Positions 1 to 9,759 of a stretch of DNA of 64,000 nucleotides are shown piece by piece. The first letter of the stretch is position 1, and each line of letters begins with the position of its first letter. Made by a program: the position numbers and the translations under genes. The notes under the pieces were generated by a model. It had not been told where the DNA came from and ran no database searches. It saw nothing but the letters and a program-made list of their open reading frames with translations. Source of the DNA: Myxococcota bacterium (lineage in GTDB: Bacteria > Myxococcota_A > UBA9042 > PHBI01 > JAWLBL01); contig JAWLBL010000007.1 of assembly GCA_041687695.1 (NCBI GenBank), forward strand, positions 96,001 through 160,000, read 5' to 3'.

Positions 1-390
1 GTCGCACACGTCCACCGTGCACGGATCCCCGTCGTCGCAGGTCGGTGTCGACGACAGGCAGCGGCGGTCGGCGCACACCGCGCCGGTCGTGCACGGGTCG
101 CCGTCGTCGCAGGCCAGGCCGTCGCGACCGCCTGCCGTCATCTCGCACACGCCCTCGGCCGTGCAGGTGGCGACGGTGCACTCGGGCGACAGCCCCTGGG
201 CCTCGACGGCCGGGGCGCAGTCGTCGTCCGTCACGCAGGCGGGGGGCTTGACCGGGACGTCCGGCAGGACCAGCGCATCGGGCGTGCCCTCGGAAGCGTC
301 GCAGCCGGCGGCCATCGCCGCGACGAGGCCCGCCGTCCAGAGCACCGCCCAGGGGGCGAGCGCGGCGCCGATCGGTTTCAGACCCCGCAT
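1..390 (-). CDS. Cys-rich lipoprotein with CDDGDPCT repeats (Dictyostelium-type Cys repeat), continues off the left edge
   Basis: Own translation of minus strand from ATG at 390: MRGLKPIGAALAPWAVLWTAGLVAAMAAG-C (lipobox) ... ACDDGDPCTTGAVC ... TCDDGDPCTVDVCD. AGGAGG RBS upstream. Not in the ORF track because the stop lies outside the window. Confidence 0.8.
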   Translation of the reverse strand, partial: MRGLKPIGAALAPWAVLWTAGLVAAMAAGCDASEGTPDALVLPDVPVKPPACVTDDDCAPAVEAQGLSPECTVATCTAEGVCEMTAGGRDGLACDDGDPCTTGAVCADRRCLSSTPTCDDGDPCTVDVCD

Positions 391-451
391 CGATGACCGA
401 CCTCCTCGGGCGCGAGGGCGACAAAGGTGCCCGTTGCTTGCCGCGCCAGCA

Positions 452-469
452 CGAATACACATGTATTCG
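452..469. promoter_or_regulatory. Palindromic putative operator CGAATACA-CA-TGTATTCG
   Basis: Perfect 8-bp inverted repeat, AT-rich, in the spacer between divergent genes. Confidence 0.5.
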
Positions 470-705
470 ATGTGGATACACGTCGACGCGACGCGAGTCA
501 AAGCGATGGGCCTCGGCCCGATCGCCCCGTGCCGCGCCCGTCGCGCGGCGGATAGGCCGGACCGCTTGGTGTGCCGCAGGGTTACAGGGCTCGGCCGCCG
601 CCCGCGATCCCGTCGGGCGTCCGTCGAATACGCCTCACCCGCTCCTTGCATCGACCGGCCGTGTCCTGCACGGTTCGGCCGTCTTCGTCCCTCGTGGAGG
701 ACCGC

Positions 706-1212
706 ATGCTCATGAGATCCTGCCGCACCGCGCTGATCGCCGTGTGCTTCGCGCTCACGGCCGCCGGCTGCGAGTCCGACGGCCACGAGGCCGGCCACGA
801 CCACGGCGCCGAGTCGGACGTCAAGGCCGACACGCACGTCGACGCCTGCGGGGGAGAGGACGTGGACACGTTCGACCCCTTGCCGTCGCGGTCGGGCGAC
901 CACTTCACGGTCACCCTCGTCAGCGCCACGCCGGCCATTCCCGACAAGGGCGACAACACCTGGGAGCTGGCGATCGAGCACGGCGGCGCGGCGCTCACCG
1001 GCGCGACCGTCACCGTCAAGCCCTGGATGCCCGCCCACGGCCACGGCACCAACCCCGAGACCTTCGCCGCGACGCCGGCCGCCCAGGACGGCCGCTACTC
1101 GGTCGGGCCCTTCAACCTGCTGATGCCCGGCTACTGGACGGTGACCGTCACCATCGACGATGGCCAGGGGACCAGCGAAGAGGTCGTCTTCGGTGTCTGC
1201 GTCGAGGGCTGA
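706..1212 (+). CDS. FixH/YtkA-like lipoprotein with His-rich N-terminus
   Basis: GGAGG RBS, lipobox LTAAG-C, HEAGHDHG segment, PWMPAHGHG and FNLLMPGYWTV motifs typical of YtkA/FixH-like Ig-fold proteins. Confidence 0.75.
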   Translation: MLMRSCRTALIAVCFALTAAGCESDGHEAGHDHGAESDVKADTHVDACGGEDVDTFDPLPSRSGDHFTVTLVSATPAIPDKGDNTWELAIEHGGAALTGATVTVKPWMPAHGHGTNPETFAATPAAQDGRYSVGPFNLLMPGYWTVTVTIDDGQGTSEEVVFGVCVEG

Positions 1213-2584
1213 GGCCGTCGCGCCTCGGCTCGTCCTGGCGGCGCTGGCGCTCGCGTCGGCCTCGGGAGCCTGCGCCGACGCACCCGCCGGCGCCCCGCCC
1301 GACGCGGTCGATCCGCAGCACCTCGCCCAGCTGATGGACCCGGCCACCTGCGCGCCCTGCCACGCCGAGCACTACCGCGAGTGGTCGGGCAGCATGCACG
1401 CCTACGCGGCCGACGATCCGGTCTTCCTCGCGATGAACGCGCGCGGCCAGCGCGAGACCGGGGGCGCCCTGGGGGACTTCTGCGTCTCGTGCCACGCGCC
1501 CATGGCCGTCCGCACCGGCGCGACCACCGACGGGACCAACCTCGACGAGGTCCCGCAGCACCTGAAGGGCGTCACCTGCTACTTCTGCCACTCGGTCGAG
1601 GCGGTCGAGGGCACCCACAACAACCCGCTGCGCCTGGCCACCGACGGCGTCATGCGCGGGGGGCTGCGCGAGCCGGTCGACAGCGGCTTCCACGCCTCGG
1701 CCTATTCGCCGCTGCACGACCGCAACCGCATGGAGTCCTCGGATCTGTGCGGCAGCTGCCACGACATCGTCGCGCCGCCCGGCGCCCACATCGAGCGCAC
1801 CTTCCACGAGTGGCGCGGCAGCGTCTTCGGGCGCGCCGGCAGCCCCAGCGCGCTGACCTGCGGCGGCTGCCACATGGACGGCCGCGACGCCGCGGTGGCG
1901 GCCGGCGCCGACATGCCCATCCGCCGCGCGCACAGCCACGCCATGCCGGGCGTCGACGTCGCGCTGACCGAGTGGCCCCAGCGCGACGAGCAGCGCGCCG
2001 CCATCCAGGCGCTGCTCGACACCACGGTGCGCGCCGAGCTGTGCGTGTGGCCGCACGCGGGGGGCGCCGACGTCCAGGTCCTGCTCGAGAACGTCGCCGC
2101 CGGCCACAGCTTCCCCAGCGGCGCCGCCCAGGACCGCCGGGCCTGGCTCGAGCTGGTCGCCGAGGCCGACGACGCCGTCCTGTTCGAGACCGGCCGCGCG
2201 GCCGAGGGGCAGCCCCTGGCGTCCCTCGACGACCCGCACCTGTGGGTGTTCGGCGACAAGATGCGCGACGCCGCGGGCCAGCCGACCCACGACTTCTGGG
2301 AGGCCGCCAGCTACGAGAGCGAGCTGCTGCCGGCCGCCACGGCCTTGTCGCCCCTGGACCCGGCGTGGATCGACACCCACGTCATCCGCACCTTCGGCGT
2401 CGTCGGCGCCCCCTCGCGTGTCGAGATGCGCCTCAAGCTGAGGCCCATCGCCCTGGACGTCATCGACGACCTCATCGCCAGCGGCGATCTCGACCCCAAG
2501 CACCGCGACGCGCTGCCCACCTTCACCTTGAAGGCCACCGAGCTGGTCTGGACGCCGGATCTCGACACGCCCTGCGTGCCCTGA
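1160..2584 (+). CDS. Multiheme c-type cytochrome (5 CxxCH), probable lipoprotein
   Basis: CAPCH, CVSCH, CYFCH, CGSCH, CGGCH; WSGSMHA motif; lipobox ASGA-C. True start may be GTG at 1193. Confidence 0.85.
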   Translation: MARGPAKRSSSVSASRAEAVAPRLVLAALALASASGACADAPAGAPPDAVDPQHLAQLMDPATCAPCHAEHYREWSGSMHAYAADDPVFLAMNARGQRETGGALGDFCVSCHAPMAVRTGATTDGTNLDEVPQHLKGVTCYFCHSVEAVEGTHNNPLRLATDGVMRGGLREPVDSGFHASAYSPLHDRNRMESSDLCGSCHDIVAPPGAHIERTFHEWRGSVFGRAGSPSALTCGGCHMDGRDAAVAAGADMPIRRAHSHAMPGVDVALTEWPQRDEQRAAIQALLDTTVRAELCVWPHAGGADVQVLLENVAAGHSFPSGAAQDRRAWLELVAEADDAVLFETGRAAEGQPLASLDDPHLWVFGDKMRDAAGQPTHDFWEAASYESELLPAATALSPLDPAWIDTHVIRTFGVVGAPSRVEMRLKLRPIALDVIDDLIASGDLDPKHRDALPTFTLKATELVWTPDLDTPCVP

Positions 2585-2599
2585 CCGCCGGGCGCCGCC

Positions 2600-3301
2600 T
2601 CAGGTCCAGACCTCCATCGACAACCCCCGCGCGTCCCTCGGCGGGTCTGCCGGCAGCCGCCGCCCCTGGCCGCGCGCGATGTGGGCGGCGGTGACCGTCA
2701 GCGCCACCGCGTCGACCAGGTCGTCCATCGCGACGCCCGCGCCCCGCAGCGGGCGCCGAAGCCCGCGCAGCGCGGCCTCGTCCAGCGGCGGCAGGCGCGG
2801 ATCCCGCGCGAGCGCGTCCAGACGCTCGGCGCGCCCCTCCGGCCGCTTCTTGTTGCCGCGCATGGGCGCCCCTGAAAGGCGCGCGAAGGCCAGCTCCGGG
2901 TGGGCCTCGACGATCCGCCGCTGCGCCTCGGCCGTCATCAGCGCGTCCACCTCGCGGATCCTGGGCAGCAGGTGGAAGCCCTGCAGCGTCATCCCACGGC
3001 CGCGGACGTCCTCCCACCGCGTGGCGTCCAGGACGACGCGGGCCGGCGGGCTGAAGACGCTGACGGCGCGGCGACCCAGCACCCGCCGCGCGGCCCGGTC
3101 GGCCTCGCGACCCCCGGGCGCCGGCACGTCGGGCAGGCCGATGGGCATGTCGACGGCCACCGCCAGCGCGTCGCGGGTGACCTCGAGCACGTCTTCGAAG
3201 CGAGGGCAGGCGACGGCCGAGAGGGGGTCCCGCGGCGCGTCCGGCCGCAGCTGGCGCAGCACGACGACCCAGGCCCCGCGCGCCGCGTCGACGCCCGCCA
3301 C
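2600..3301 (-). CDS. DUF429 family protein (predicted RNase H-fold nuclease)
   Basis: GVDAA..W, VDMPIGLP, R.AD..AR, EAHPELAF and DD..DA motifs. Confidence 0.8.
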   Translation of the reverse strand: MAGVDAARGAWVVVLRQLRPDAPRDPLSAVACPRFEDVLEVTRDALAVAVDMPIGLPDVPAPGGREADRAARRVLGRRAVSVFSPPARVVLDATRWEDVRGRGMTLQGFHLLPRIREVDALMTAEAQRRIVEAHPELAFARLSGAPMRGNKKRPEGRAERLDALARDPRLPPLDEAALRGLRRPLRGAGVAMDDLVDAVALTVTAAHIARGQGRRLPADPPRDARGLSMEVWT

Positions 3302-3327
3302 ATGGCCCCAGGGGCTGCTCGTCTCGC

Positions 3328-4272
3328 TCAGAAGCCGCCTCCGAACTGAACGCCCAGGTACCCCGGACCCGCCGACGGCATCACGCCCACGGTCGGTGAC
3401 ACGTCGGGCGGCACCTCTCCGTCGGCCAGGGGGGCGTACGGCTCGTCGTCATAGTCGTAGTGGAGCAGCGTCGGCAACACGTACCCGGAGGCGAGCCCCA
3501 CGGCCGCCCCGAGGAGCACGTCGGTCGTGTGGTGCTTGTCGGCGACGACCCGCAGGGCCGCGCTGGCGCCGGCCGCCGCCAGGGCCGCGCCGCACGCGAT
3601 GCGGTCGGCCGCGCCGCCGCCGTACAGGGGCAGCTTGCGGTGGTGGGCGCAGATGAGGCCGGCGCCGGTGAAGGCCACCGCGGCGTGGCCGCTGAAGAAG
3701 CTCTCGTTGGCGACGTTCTCGTTGCAGTCGGGCGAGCCCGGCTCCGCGCACTCCTGAGTGTAGGGGCGCGCGCGGCGGCCCAGGCGCTTGACGACCGTGG
3801 TGACCAGCCCGGTCAGCGCGTACGACTGCCCGTTGATGAGGCTCATCTGCAGCGCCACCTCGGGCGACCGGTGGTAGGCGCCGGCCACCAGCCCCGCGTC
3901 GACCAGGGTCGGGTAGGCGAGCAGGCCGTAGTTCAGGACGTCGCTGATGTCGTCGGCCGTGCGCCGCCCCTCGGGCGTGTCGGCGCGCAGCCGGTCACGC
4001 ACGGCGTCGTCGAACAGCACGCCGCCGGTCCACCGGAAGCCCTTCTTCTGCGGGACCAGGAGATCCTTGGCCAGCAGCCCGCCGACGAACAGGCCCGTGG
4101 CGGCGTACTCCGCGGCCCGGAACCTGGGCGCTCGAGTCGGCCACGACAGGCGAGGCTCCGTGCGCATGACGGACTCGACGGCCTGGGCGGGAGGCGCCGC
4201 GGAGGCGATCGTCGTCGCGGCGGCGCCGCAGAGCAGGAGGGCGACGGTCAGGGCCTGAGGGCGGACGGGCAT
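3328..4272 (-). CDS. PAP2-family phosphatase
   Basis: K....R.RP, SFFSGHA and RVVADKHHTTDV motifs; N-terminal signal peptide. Confidence 0.85.
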   Translation of the reverse strand: MPVRPQALTVALLLCGAAATTIASAAPPAQAVESVMRTEPRLSWPTRAPRFRAAEYAATGLFVGGLLAKDLLVPQKKGFRWTGGVLFDDAVRDRLRADTPEGRRTADDISDVLNYGLLAYPTLVDAGLVAGAYHRSPEVALQMSLINGQSYALTGLVTTVVKRLGRRARPYTQECAEPGSPDCNENVANESFFSGHAAVAFTGAGLICAHHRKLPLYGGGAADRIACGAALAAAGASAALRVVADKHHTTDVLLGAAVGLASGYVLPTLLHYDYDDEPYAPLADGEVPPDVSPTVGVMPSAGPGYLGVQFGGGF

Positions 4273-4394
4273 GCGGTTTTCAACTCCTGGCTCTCAAAGA
4301 GCTTTTGGTGCGTGTCGGCGCCCGGGCACGCTAGTGGCGCGTGGCGCGGTGGGGCAAGGTTCGGGAATACTTCCGCTTCGAGGCGGCCCCAGGC

Positions 4395-4419
4395 GGAACT
4401 TTCGCGGCGGCTGCGCGTC
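4395..4419 (+). promoter_or_regulatory. Putative ECF sigma factor promoter GGAAC-N16-CGTC
   Basis: GGAACT at 4395-4400 and CGTC at 4416-4419, about 65 bp upstream of the VIT-vWA start. Confidence 0.4.
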
Positions 4420-4482
4420 CATGCCTCAGCGTCGGCCGGTCCGGCCGCGCGCCTTCCCCTCCCATCCCCGCCGCAGGAGGCC

Positions 4483-6921
4483 ATGCCCATGTCCTTGCAC
4501 TCGTCCGCCCGCGCCGCCGCGCCTCGTCGCGAGCGGCCCTCGATGGCCTCGAGGGTCGCGCTGCTGATGGCCCTGGGCCTGGTCCTCGCCGCCACGCCCG
4601 CGCTCGCCTCGCGCGAAGCCTCGGGGCCCGACCGCTCGGGATCGCCGTACTTCGTGGTCAAGGGCGCCGCCGAGGGCGACACCGAGGCCCTGCCGCTCGA
4701 GTCGACCCGCGCCGACGTCCACGTCGCCGGCACCATCGCCCACGTCAAGGTGACGCAGGTCTACAAGAACGCCGGCAAGTCCCCCATCGAGGCCGTCTAC
4801 GTCTTCCCGGGCTCGACGCGCGCCGCCGTGTTCGGCATGCGCATGAAGGTCGGCGAGCGCACCGTCGTGGCCAAGATCCAAAAGCGCGAGGAGGCCCGCA
4901 AGACCTACGAGGACGCCAAGGCCCAGGGCAAGACGGCCAGCCTGCTCGAGCAGCAGCGCCCGAACGTCTTCCAGATGAACGTCGCGAACATCCTGCCGGG
5001 CGACCGGGTCGAGGTGCAGCTCGACTACACCGAGCTGCTCGTGCCCGACGAGGGGGTCTACGAGCTGGTGTACCCGGCGGTGGTGGGGCCCCGCTACGTC
5101 GGCGAGCGCACCGACGAGCAGGCCAAGCAGGACGGGTGGACGGCGACGCCGCACACGCGCAAGGGCGAGGCGCCGAGCTACGACTGGGACCTGAACGTGC
5201 GCCTCGCGGCCGGCGTGCCCATCCGGTCGGTCGTGTCGCCGTCGCACGCGCTGAAGGTCACGGGCCTGGGTCAGCCCGAGGCCACCGTCGCCCTGAACGA
5301 CCCGCGGCCCGGCGGCGACCGCGACTTCGTGCTGCAGTTCAAGCTGGCCGGCGAGGCCATCTCGTCGGGGCTGGTCCTGTACCCGGGCGAGGACGAGAGC
5401 TTCTTCCTGATGATGGTGCAGCCGCCGGCGCGCGTTGCACCCAAGGACCGCCCGCGGCGCGAGTACGTCTTCATCCTGGACGTGTCGGGGTCGATGCACG
5501 GCTTCCCGCTGGACACGGCCAAGGCGCTGATGCGGCGCCTCATCGCCGGGATGGACCGCGAGGACGCCTTCAACATCATGTTCTTCTCGGGCGGCGCCAA
5601 GGTGCTGGCCGAGCGCAGCCTGCCGGTCACCGACGCCAACCGGGACGCGGCCCTGGCCATGATGGAGTCGATGCGCGGCGGCGGCGGGACCGAGCTGGTG
5701 CCCGCGCTGCGCCGCGCGCTGGCCATGCCGGCCGACCCCGAGGTCTCGCGCACCTTCGTCGTCGTGACCGACGGCTACGTGTCGGTCGAGAACGACGCGT
5801 TCGAACTCGTCCGCGACAACCTGGGCAAGGCCAACCTGTTCGCCTTCGGCATCGGCTCGAGCGTCAACCGCCACCTCATCGAGGGGCTGGCGCGGGCGGG
5901 GCAGGGCGAGCCCTACGTCGTGCTGGGCGGCGACGACGCCCCCGTCGTGGCCGACAAGTTCCAGAAGGTCATCGAGTCGCCGGCCCTGACGCGCATCAAG
6001 GTGGCCTTCGAGGGCTTCGACGCCTACGACGTCGAGCCGGCGCAGGTGCCCGATCTGTTCGCGCAGCGGCCCGTGGTCGTCTTCGGCAAGTACCGCGGCC
6101 AGCCCAAGGGGCGCATCAGCGTGCGCGGCGTCACCGGCGCCGGCGGCTTCGGGACCTTCGTCGAGGTGGCCAAGACCGCGCCCAGCAAGGACAACTCGGC
6201 GCTGCGCTACCTGTGGGCCCGCCACCGCATCGCGGCGCTGTCGGACATGAACCGGCTCATCAAGAGCGACGAGCGCGTGCAGGCCGTCACGCAGCTGGGC
6301 CTCGCCTACAACCTGATGACCCAGTACACCAGCTTCGTCGCGGTCGACGAGCGGGTCCGCAACGACGGCGGGCAGCAGAAGACCGTCCAGCAGCCGCTGC
6401 CCCTGCCGGCCGGCGTCGAGGAGACCGCGGTCGGTGGCGGGCCGGGCGGCATCGGCTTCTCAGGCACCGGCATGGGCGGCGGAGGCGCGGGCATGGGCGG
6501 CCTGGGCGGGGGACCGCGGGTCCATGGACTCCGATCGGCGCCCAGTGGCCGGCCCTCAGCCAAGCCGGTCAAGGAGGCCGAGGCGCCCTCGAGCCAGGCG
6601 AAGCTGCAATCGATCGCGGTCAAGGGCGCGCTCGACCAGGAGGTCGTCAACCGCGTCCTGCGCACGCGCCTCAACGCGTTCCGGGCCTGCTACGAGCAGT
6701 CGGTGCTGCGAGGCGACCCCACGGCCCAGGGCAAGGTGACGGTGAAGCTGGTCATCGGCGCCGACGGCAAGGTCACCCAGGTCACGCTGCCCTCGATCGC
6801 CAAGGGGCTCGGGCCCATGAGCGATTGCCTGCAGCGGATGATGCGGCGCGTGGTCTTCCCGGCCCCCAAGGGCGGCGGCGTCGTGCTCGTGCAGTTCGAC
6901 CTCGTCCTCCAGACCCGCTGA
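4483..6921 (+). CDS. Secreted VIT + vWA domain protein with Gly-rich linker and C-terminal AgmX/PglI (TonB-C-like) domain
   Basis: AGGAGG RBS; signal peptide; VIT (VTQVYKN..PIEAVYVFP); MIDAS DVSGSM, GGGT, VTDG; GIGFSGTGMGGGG linker; FRACYE...GKVTVKLVIGADGKV...CL...VFPAPKGG. Confidence 0.85.
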   Translation: MPMSLHSSARAAAPRRERPSMASRVALLMALGLVLAATPALASREASGPDRSGSPYFVVKGAAEGDTEALPLESTRADVHVAGTIAHVKVTQVYKNAGKSPIEAVYVFPGSTRAAVFGMRMKVGERTVVAKIQKREEARKTYEDAKAQGKTASLLEQQRPNVFQMNVANILPGDRVEVQLDYTELLVPDEGVYELVYPAVVGPRYVGERTDEQAKQDGWTATPHTRKGEAPSYDWDLNVRLAAGVPIRSVVSPSHALKVTGLGQPEATVALNDPRPGGDRDFVLQFKLAGEAISSGLVLYPGEDESFFLMMVQPPARVAPKDRPRREYVFILDVSGSMHGFPLDTAKALMRRLIAGMDREDAFNIMFFSGGAKVLAERSLPVTDANRDAALAMMESMRGGGGTELVPALRRALAMPADPEVSRTFVVVTDGYVSVENDAFELVRDNLGKANLFAFGIGSSVNRHLIEGLARAGQGEPYVVLGGDDAPVVADKFQKVIESPALTRIKVAFEGFDAYDVEPAQVPDLFAQRPVVVFGKYRGQPKGRISVRGVTGAGGFGTFVEVAKTAPSKDNSALRYLWARHRIAALSDMNRLIKSDERVQAVTQLGLAYNLMTQYTSFVAVDERVRNDGGQQKTVQQPLPLPAGVEETAVGGGPGGIGFSGTGMGGGGAGMGGLGGGPRVHGLRSAPSGRPSAKPVKEAEAPSSQAKLQSIAVKGALDQEVVNRVLRTRLNAFRACYEQSVLRGDPTAQGKVTVKLVIGADGKVTQVTLPSIAKGLGPMSDCLQRMMRRVVFPAPKGGGVVLVQFDLVLQTR

Positions 6922-7079
6922 CCGGAGGCGACCGGCGCGGGGTGTCCTCGAGGCAGCGTCAAGGCTGCTCTCGGGACGCTCCGCGCCGCAGCCCGCGCAG
7001 GCGAGGCGGTCGACGACGCGATTGACCGCCTCCCGCCGCGGGCGCCATGCTGGCGGCCCCTGCGGCGAGTGGAGGCGGC

Positions 7080-7937
7080 ATGCGTGCGTCGATGCGGTGG
7101 ATGGTGCTGGTGGCCGGCCTGGCCCTGACGACCGCCTGCGGCGGCGGAGACGGAGGCAGCGCGGACGTGCCGCCCGCCGAGACCGTCGATGCACCGGAGG
7201 ACGTGCAGGGCGCGCCCCGGCTCTCGGTCAGCCCGACCTCCGTGGCGTTCAGCGCGGTCCAGCCGCGCACGACGGCCGAGCGGCTGGTCACGGTGGCCAA
7301 CACCGGCGCGGCGCCGCTCGAGCTGACCGGGTTCGTGCTGCAGGGCGACAAGTCGTTGGCGCTCCAGGCCGCCGGCCAGGTCTGGGACGCGACGGCCAAG
7401 GAGGTCGAGCAGGCCTTCGATCCCGTCATTGTCGTCCCGGTCGGCGGCAGCCTCGGCTTGACGGTGCGCTTCACGCCCATGGACGCTACGCCGGCCGCGG
7501 CGACGCTGACGCTGCGCTCGAACGACCCCGACGCTGGCGAGGCCGCGGTCGTCACGCTGGTCGGCAACCCGCCGGCGCCGTGCCTCGAGGTGACCCCCAA
7601 GCAGGTGAGCTTCGCCGCCGCGGCCGGCGCGGCCGAGCAGACCCTGACGCTGACGTCCTGCGGGCAGGAGCCGCTGACCCTCACCGGCCTGGCCCTGGAC
7701 GCCTCCAGCGCCGCGGTCTTCTCGCTGGATCTGGGCGGGCTGGGCGGCCTGCCGGCGGGGACGAGCGCCCTGACCGAGCAGGACGACCCGGTCGTGCTGG
7801 CCAGCGGCACCTCGGGGACCGTGGCCGTCCGCTTCGACCCCGACGCCGGCGGGGCGGCCGCGGCTCAGGGCCTGGTCCGGATCGCCTCGGACCACGCGAT
7901 CCCTCTGGTCATCGTCCAGGTCGCCGCTACGAACTGA
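7080..7937 (+). CDS. Lipoprotein with two Ig-like ASH/choice-of-anchor D-type domains
   Basis: GGAGG RBS; lipobox LTTA-C; repeated VSPTSVAF...VANTGAAPL...VRFTP...LRSNDP pattern. Confidence 0.7.
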   Translation: MRASMRWMVLVAGLALTTACGGGDGGSADVPPAETVDAPEDVQGAPRLSVSPTSVAFSAVQPRTTAERLVTVANTGAAPLELTGFVLQGDKSLALQAAGQVWDATAKEVEQAFDPVIVVPVGGSLGLTVRFTPMDATPAAATLTLRSNDPDAGEAAVVTLVGNPPAPCLEVTPKQVSFAAAAGAAEQTLTLTSCGQEPLTLTGLALDASSAAVFSLDLGGLGGLPAGTSALTEQDDPVVLASGTSGTVAVRFDPDAGGAAAAQGLVRIASDHAIPLVIVQVAATN

Positions 7938-9759
7938 CGCCCCGGGCGCGGCGGGTCGCCGCCCGCCCGATGAGCAGGCCCAGCGCCACGACTAGCAGCC
8001 ACTCGACCCCGCGCGGGTCGGCCGCGCAGCCGCCCAGGTTCGGCTTGGCGCTGTCGACCTTGGGCGGGGCCGCCGGGTCGCGCAGCTCGAGCTGCGCAGG
8101 CAGGCTGGGCGAGCCCGGCTGGGCGCCGTCGAGCAGGGCGTCGATCTCGGCCACCTGGTCCAGGTGAAAGCGCAGGGGCGCGCCCGTCTCGTCGAGCACC
8201 TCGGGGAACTCGAGCGCCGGCGCCCCCGGGACCGGCCCGACCGAGAAGGGGCAGCCGTCGTCGCCGCAGGCGACGGTGCGGGTCACGCCGTTGGGGTAGG
8301 TGCGCGTCTGGAACCGGTCGCAGCTCTCGTCCTGGAACTCGCGCAGCTGCAGCGCGTTGAGGCGCGGCACGTCCGGCAGCTGCGCGTTGAAGGCGAAGAG
8401 CGGGTCGCGGATCATCTCGTCCGGATCCAGCATCGTGAAGAAGCGGGTGACCGTGCGGTCCTTCATCAGCGGCACGATGTCACTGAGCGGTCCGACGACC
8501 GTGCGGTCCAGGCGCTGGCGCAAGGCCCCGAGGTCGACCGAGAGGGTGGCGTCGCCCTGACGGTCGGCCTGGTCGGCCGACCACAGCTGGCTGAGCCGGA
8601 CGGACGGCTCGGCGTCGGGGTCGGTCACCGGGACGCAGCCGTCGCCGCCCCCTGGGGCGTCGGCGGGGCGCCAGCACACGGCCTCTTCGATGACGTCGAT
8701 GACGAAGGGGACGTCCTCGGCGACGGTCCACAGCGCCTCGAGCACGGCCCGCAAGGAGTCGGCTGCCTGGAAGGCGGCAACGGCCTGGGGCGCGATGACC
8801 AGATCCGGCGCCAGCGCGACCGGTCCGGAGGACTCGGTGACCCAGGCGCGGCCGCTGGCGGTGTCGACGGCGTCTTTGACGACGTCGAAGTAGTTGGTGA
8901 CGTTGGGCCAGTCGAGCGCCATCGGGTTGACGACGGCGTGGATGAAGTTCTTGGGCACCGCGCGGCCCGGGCCGGCGACGAAGACCGTGATGGGCATGTC
9001 GGGGGTGGCGGCGATGCCCGTCAGGCGCAGCGGCACGCAGGGGGCCTGCTCGTTGAACGTCAGCGCGATGGGACGCAGGTCGCCGGTGTCCTTTCCGCTT
9101 TGCAGGCGGATGCCCAAAAAGACGTAGCCCAGCCCGAGGTAGTGCCCCAGCAGCTGCTTGGCCGCGGGGTCCTGGTAGTAGCCGTTGGCGTTGAGCCAGT
9201 CGTAAAGGGCCTGCGACGACTGCGCCTCGATGAGCTGCGCGTCGTAGGGGCCGACGCGGGCCGCGTCGACCACCTTGACGTCGGGGTCCGGGGACTCACC
9301 CCCGAGGTTGGGCGCGAAGCCGCCGCGGGCCGAGGCGGACACCTCTGATGCGCCACAGCTGAAGCCGTCACACTCGTCGTTGTCCTCGACGGAGCCGTTG
9401 ACCGTGAACTGCGGGACCGTCGCCGCGTCGAGCGCGTCGAACAGCCGCGGCGACGAGATGGTCACGGCCTCGTCGAGCGGCAGCGGCTGGCCGTCGGCGC
9501 CCTGCGGGTGCTCGGGCAGCGGCAGCAGCCAGGCGAACTCGGTCGGCTCGCCCTCGTAGCGGACCTCGATGTGCATCGTGACCCGCTGGCCGTGCTTGAC
9601 GAAGACGATGCGCTCGCCGGCCTGGTAGATGGGCGACTGGGTGGCGGCGCTGCAGAAGAAGCCGCCGCAGGCCCGCGCCGGGCTGGGCGCGAGGACCGAC
9701 ACGGACAAGACGGCCAGGGCCGCCGCGAGGGCGAACCGGAGGGCTCCGGGGCGGTTCAC
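7927..9759 (-). CDS. DUF2330 domain protein with MYXO-CTERM-like tail (paralog 2)
   Basis: GTG start overlapping the upstream TGA; signal peptide then ACGGFFC; QAGERIVF; FAWLLPLP; WLNANGY; PLRLT; C-terminal GGC, TM helix, Arg-rich end. Confidence 0.85.
   Translation of the reverse strand: MNRPGALRFALAAALAVLSVSVLAPSPARACGGFFCSAATQSPIYQAGERIVFVKHGQRVTMHIEVRYEGEPTEFAWLLPLPEHPQGADGQPLPLDEAVTISSPRLFDALDAATVPQFTVNGSVEDNDECDGFSCGASEVSASARGGFAPNLGGESPDPDVKVVDAARVGPYDAQLIEAQSSQALYDWLNANGYYQDPAAKQLLGHYLGLGYVFLGIRLQSGKDTGDLRPIALTFNEQAPCVPLRLTGIAATPDMPITVFVAGPGRAVPKNFIHAVVNPMALDWPNVTNYFDVVKDAVDTASGRAWVTESSGPVALAPDLVIAPQAVAAFQAADSLRAVLEALWTVAEDVPFVIDVIEEAVCWRPADAPGGGDGCVPVTDPDAEPSVRLSQLWSADQADRQGDATLSVDLGALRQRLDRTVVGPLSDIVPLMKDRTVTRFFTMLDPDEMIRDPLFAFNAQLPDVPRLNALQLREFQDESCDRFQTRTYPNGVTRTVACGDDGCPFSVGPVPGAPALEFPEVLDETGAPLRFHLDQVAEIDALLDGAQPGSPSLPAQLELRDPAAPPKVDSAKPNLGGCAADPRGVEWLLVVALGLLIGRAATRRARGVSS

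Noticed and set aside
2600..3301. DUF429 predicted nuclease as an anti-phage defence gene
   Set aside because: No neighbouring defence or mobile genes; nothing in the sequence supports that role
3460..4482. N-terminal extension of the 1153-aa VIT-vWA ORF
   Set aside because: Antisense to the PAP2 gene; AGGAGG RBS and signal peptide support a start at 4483
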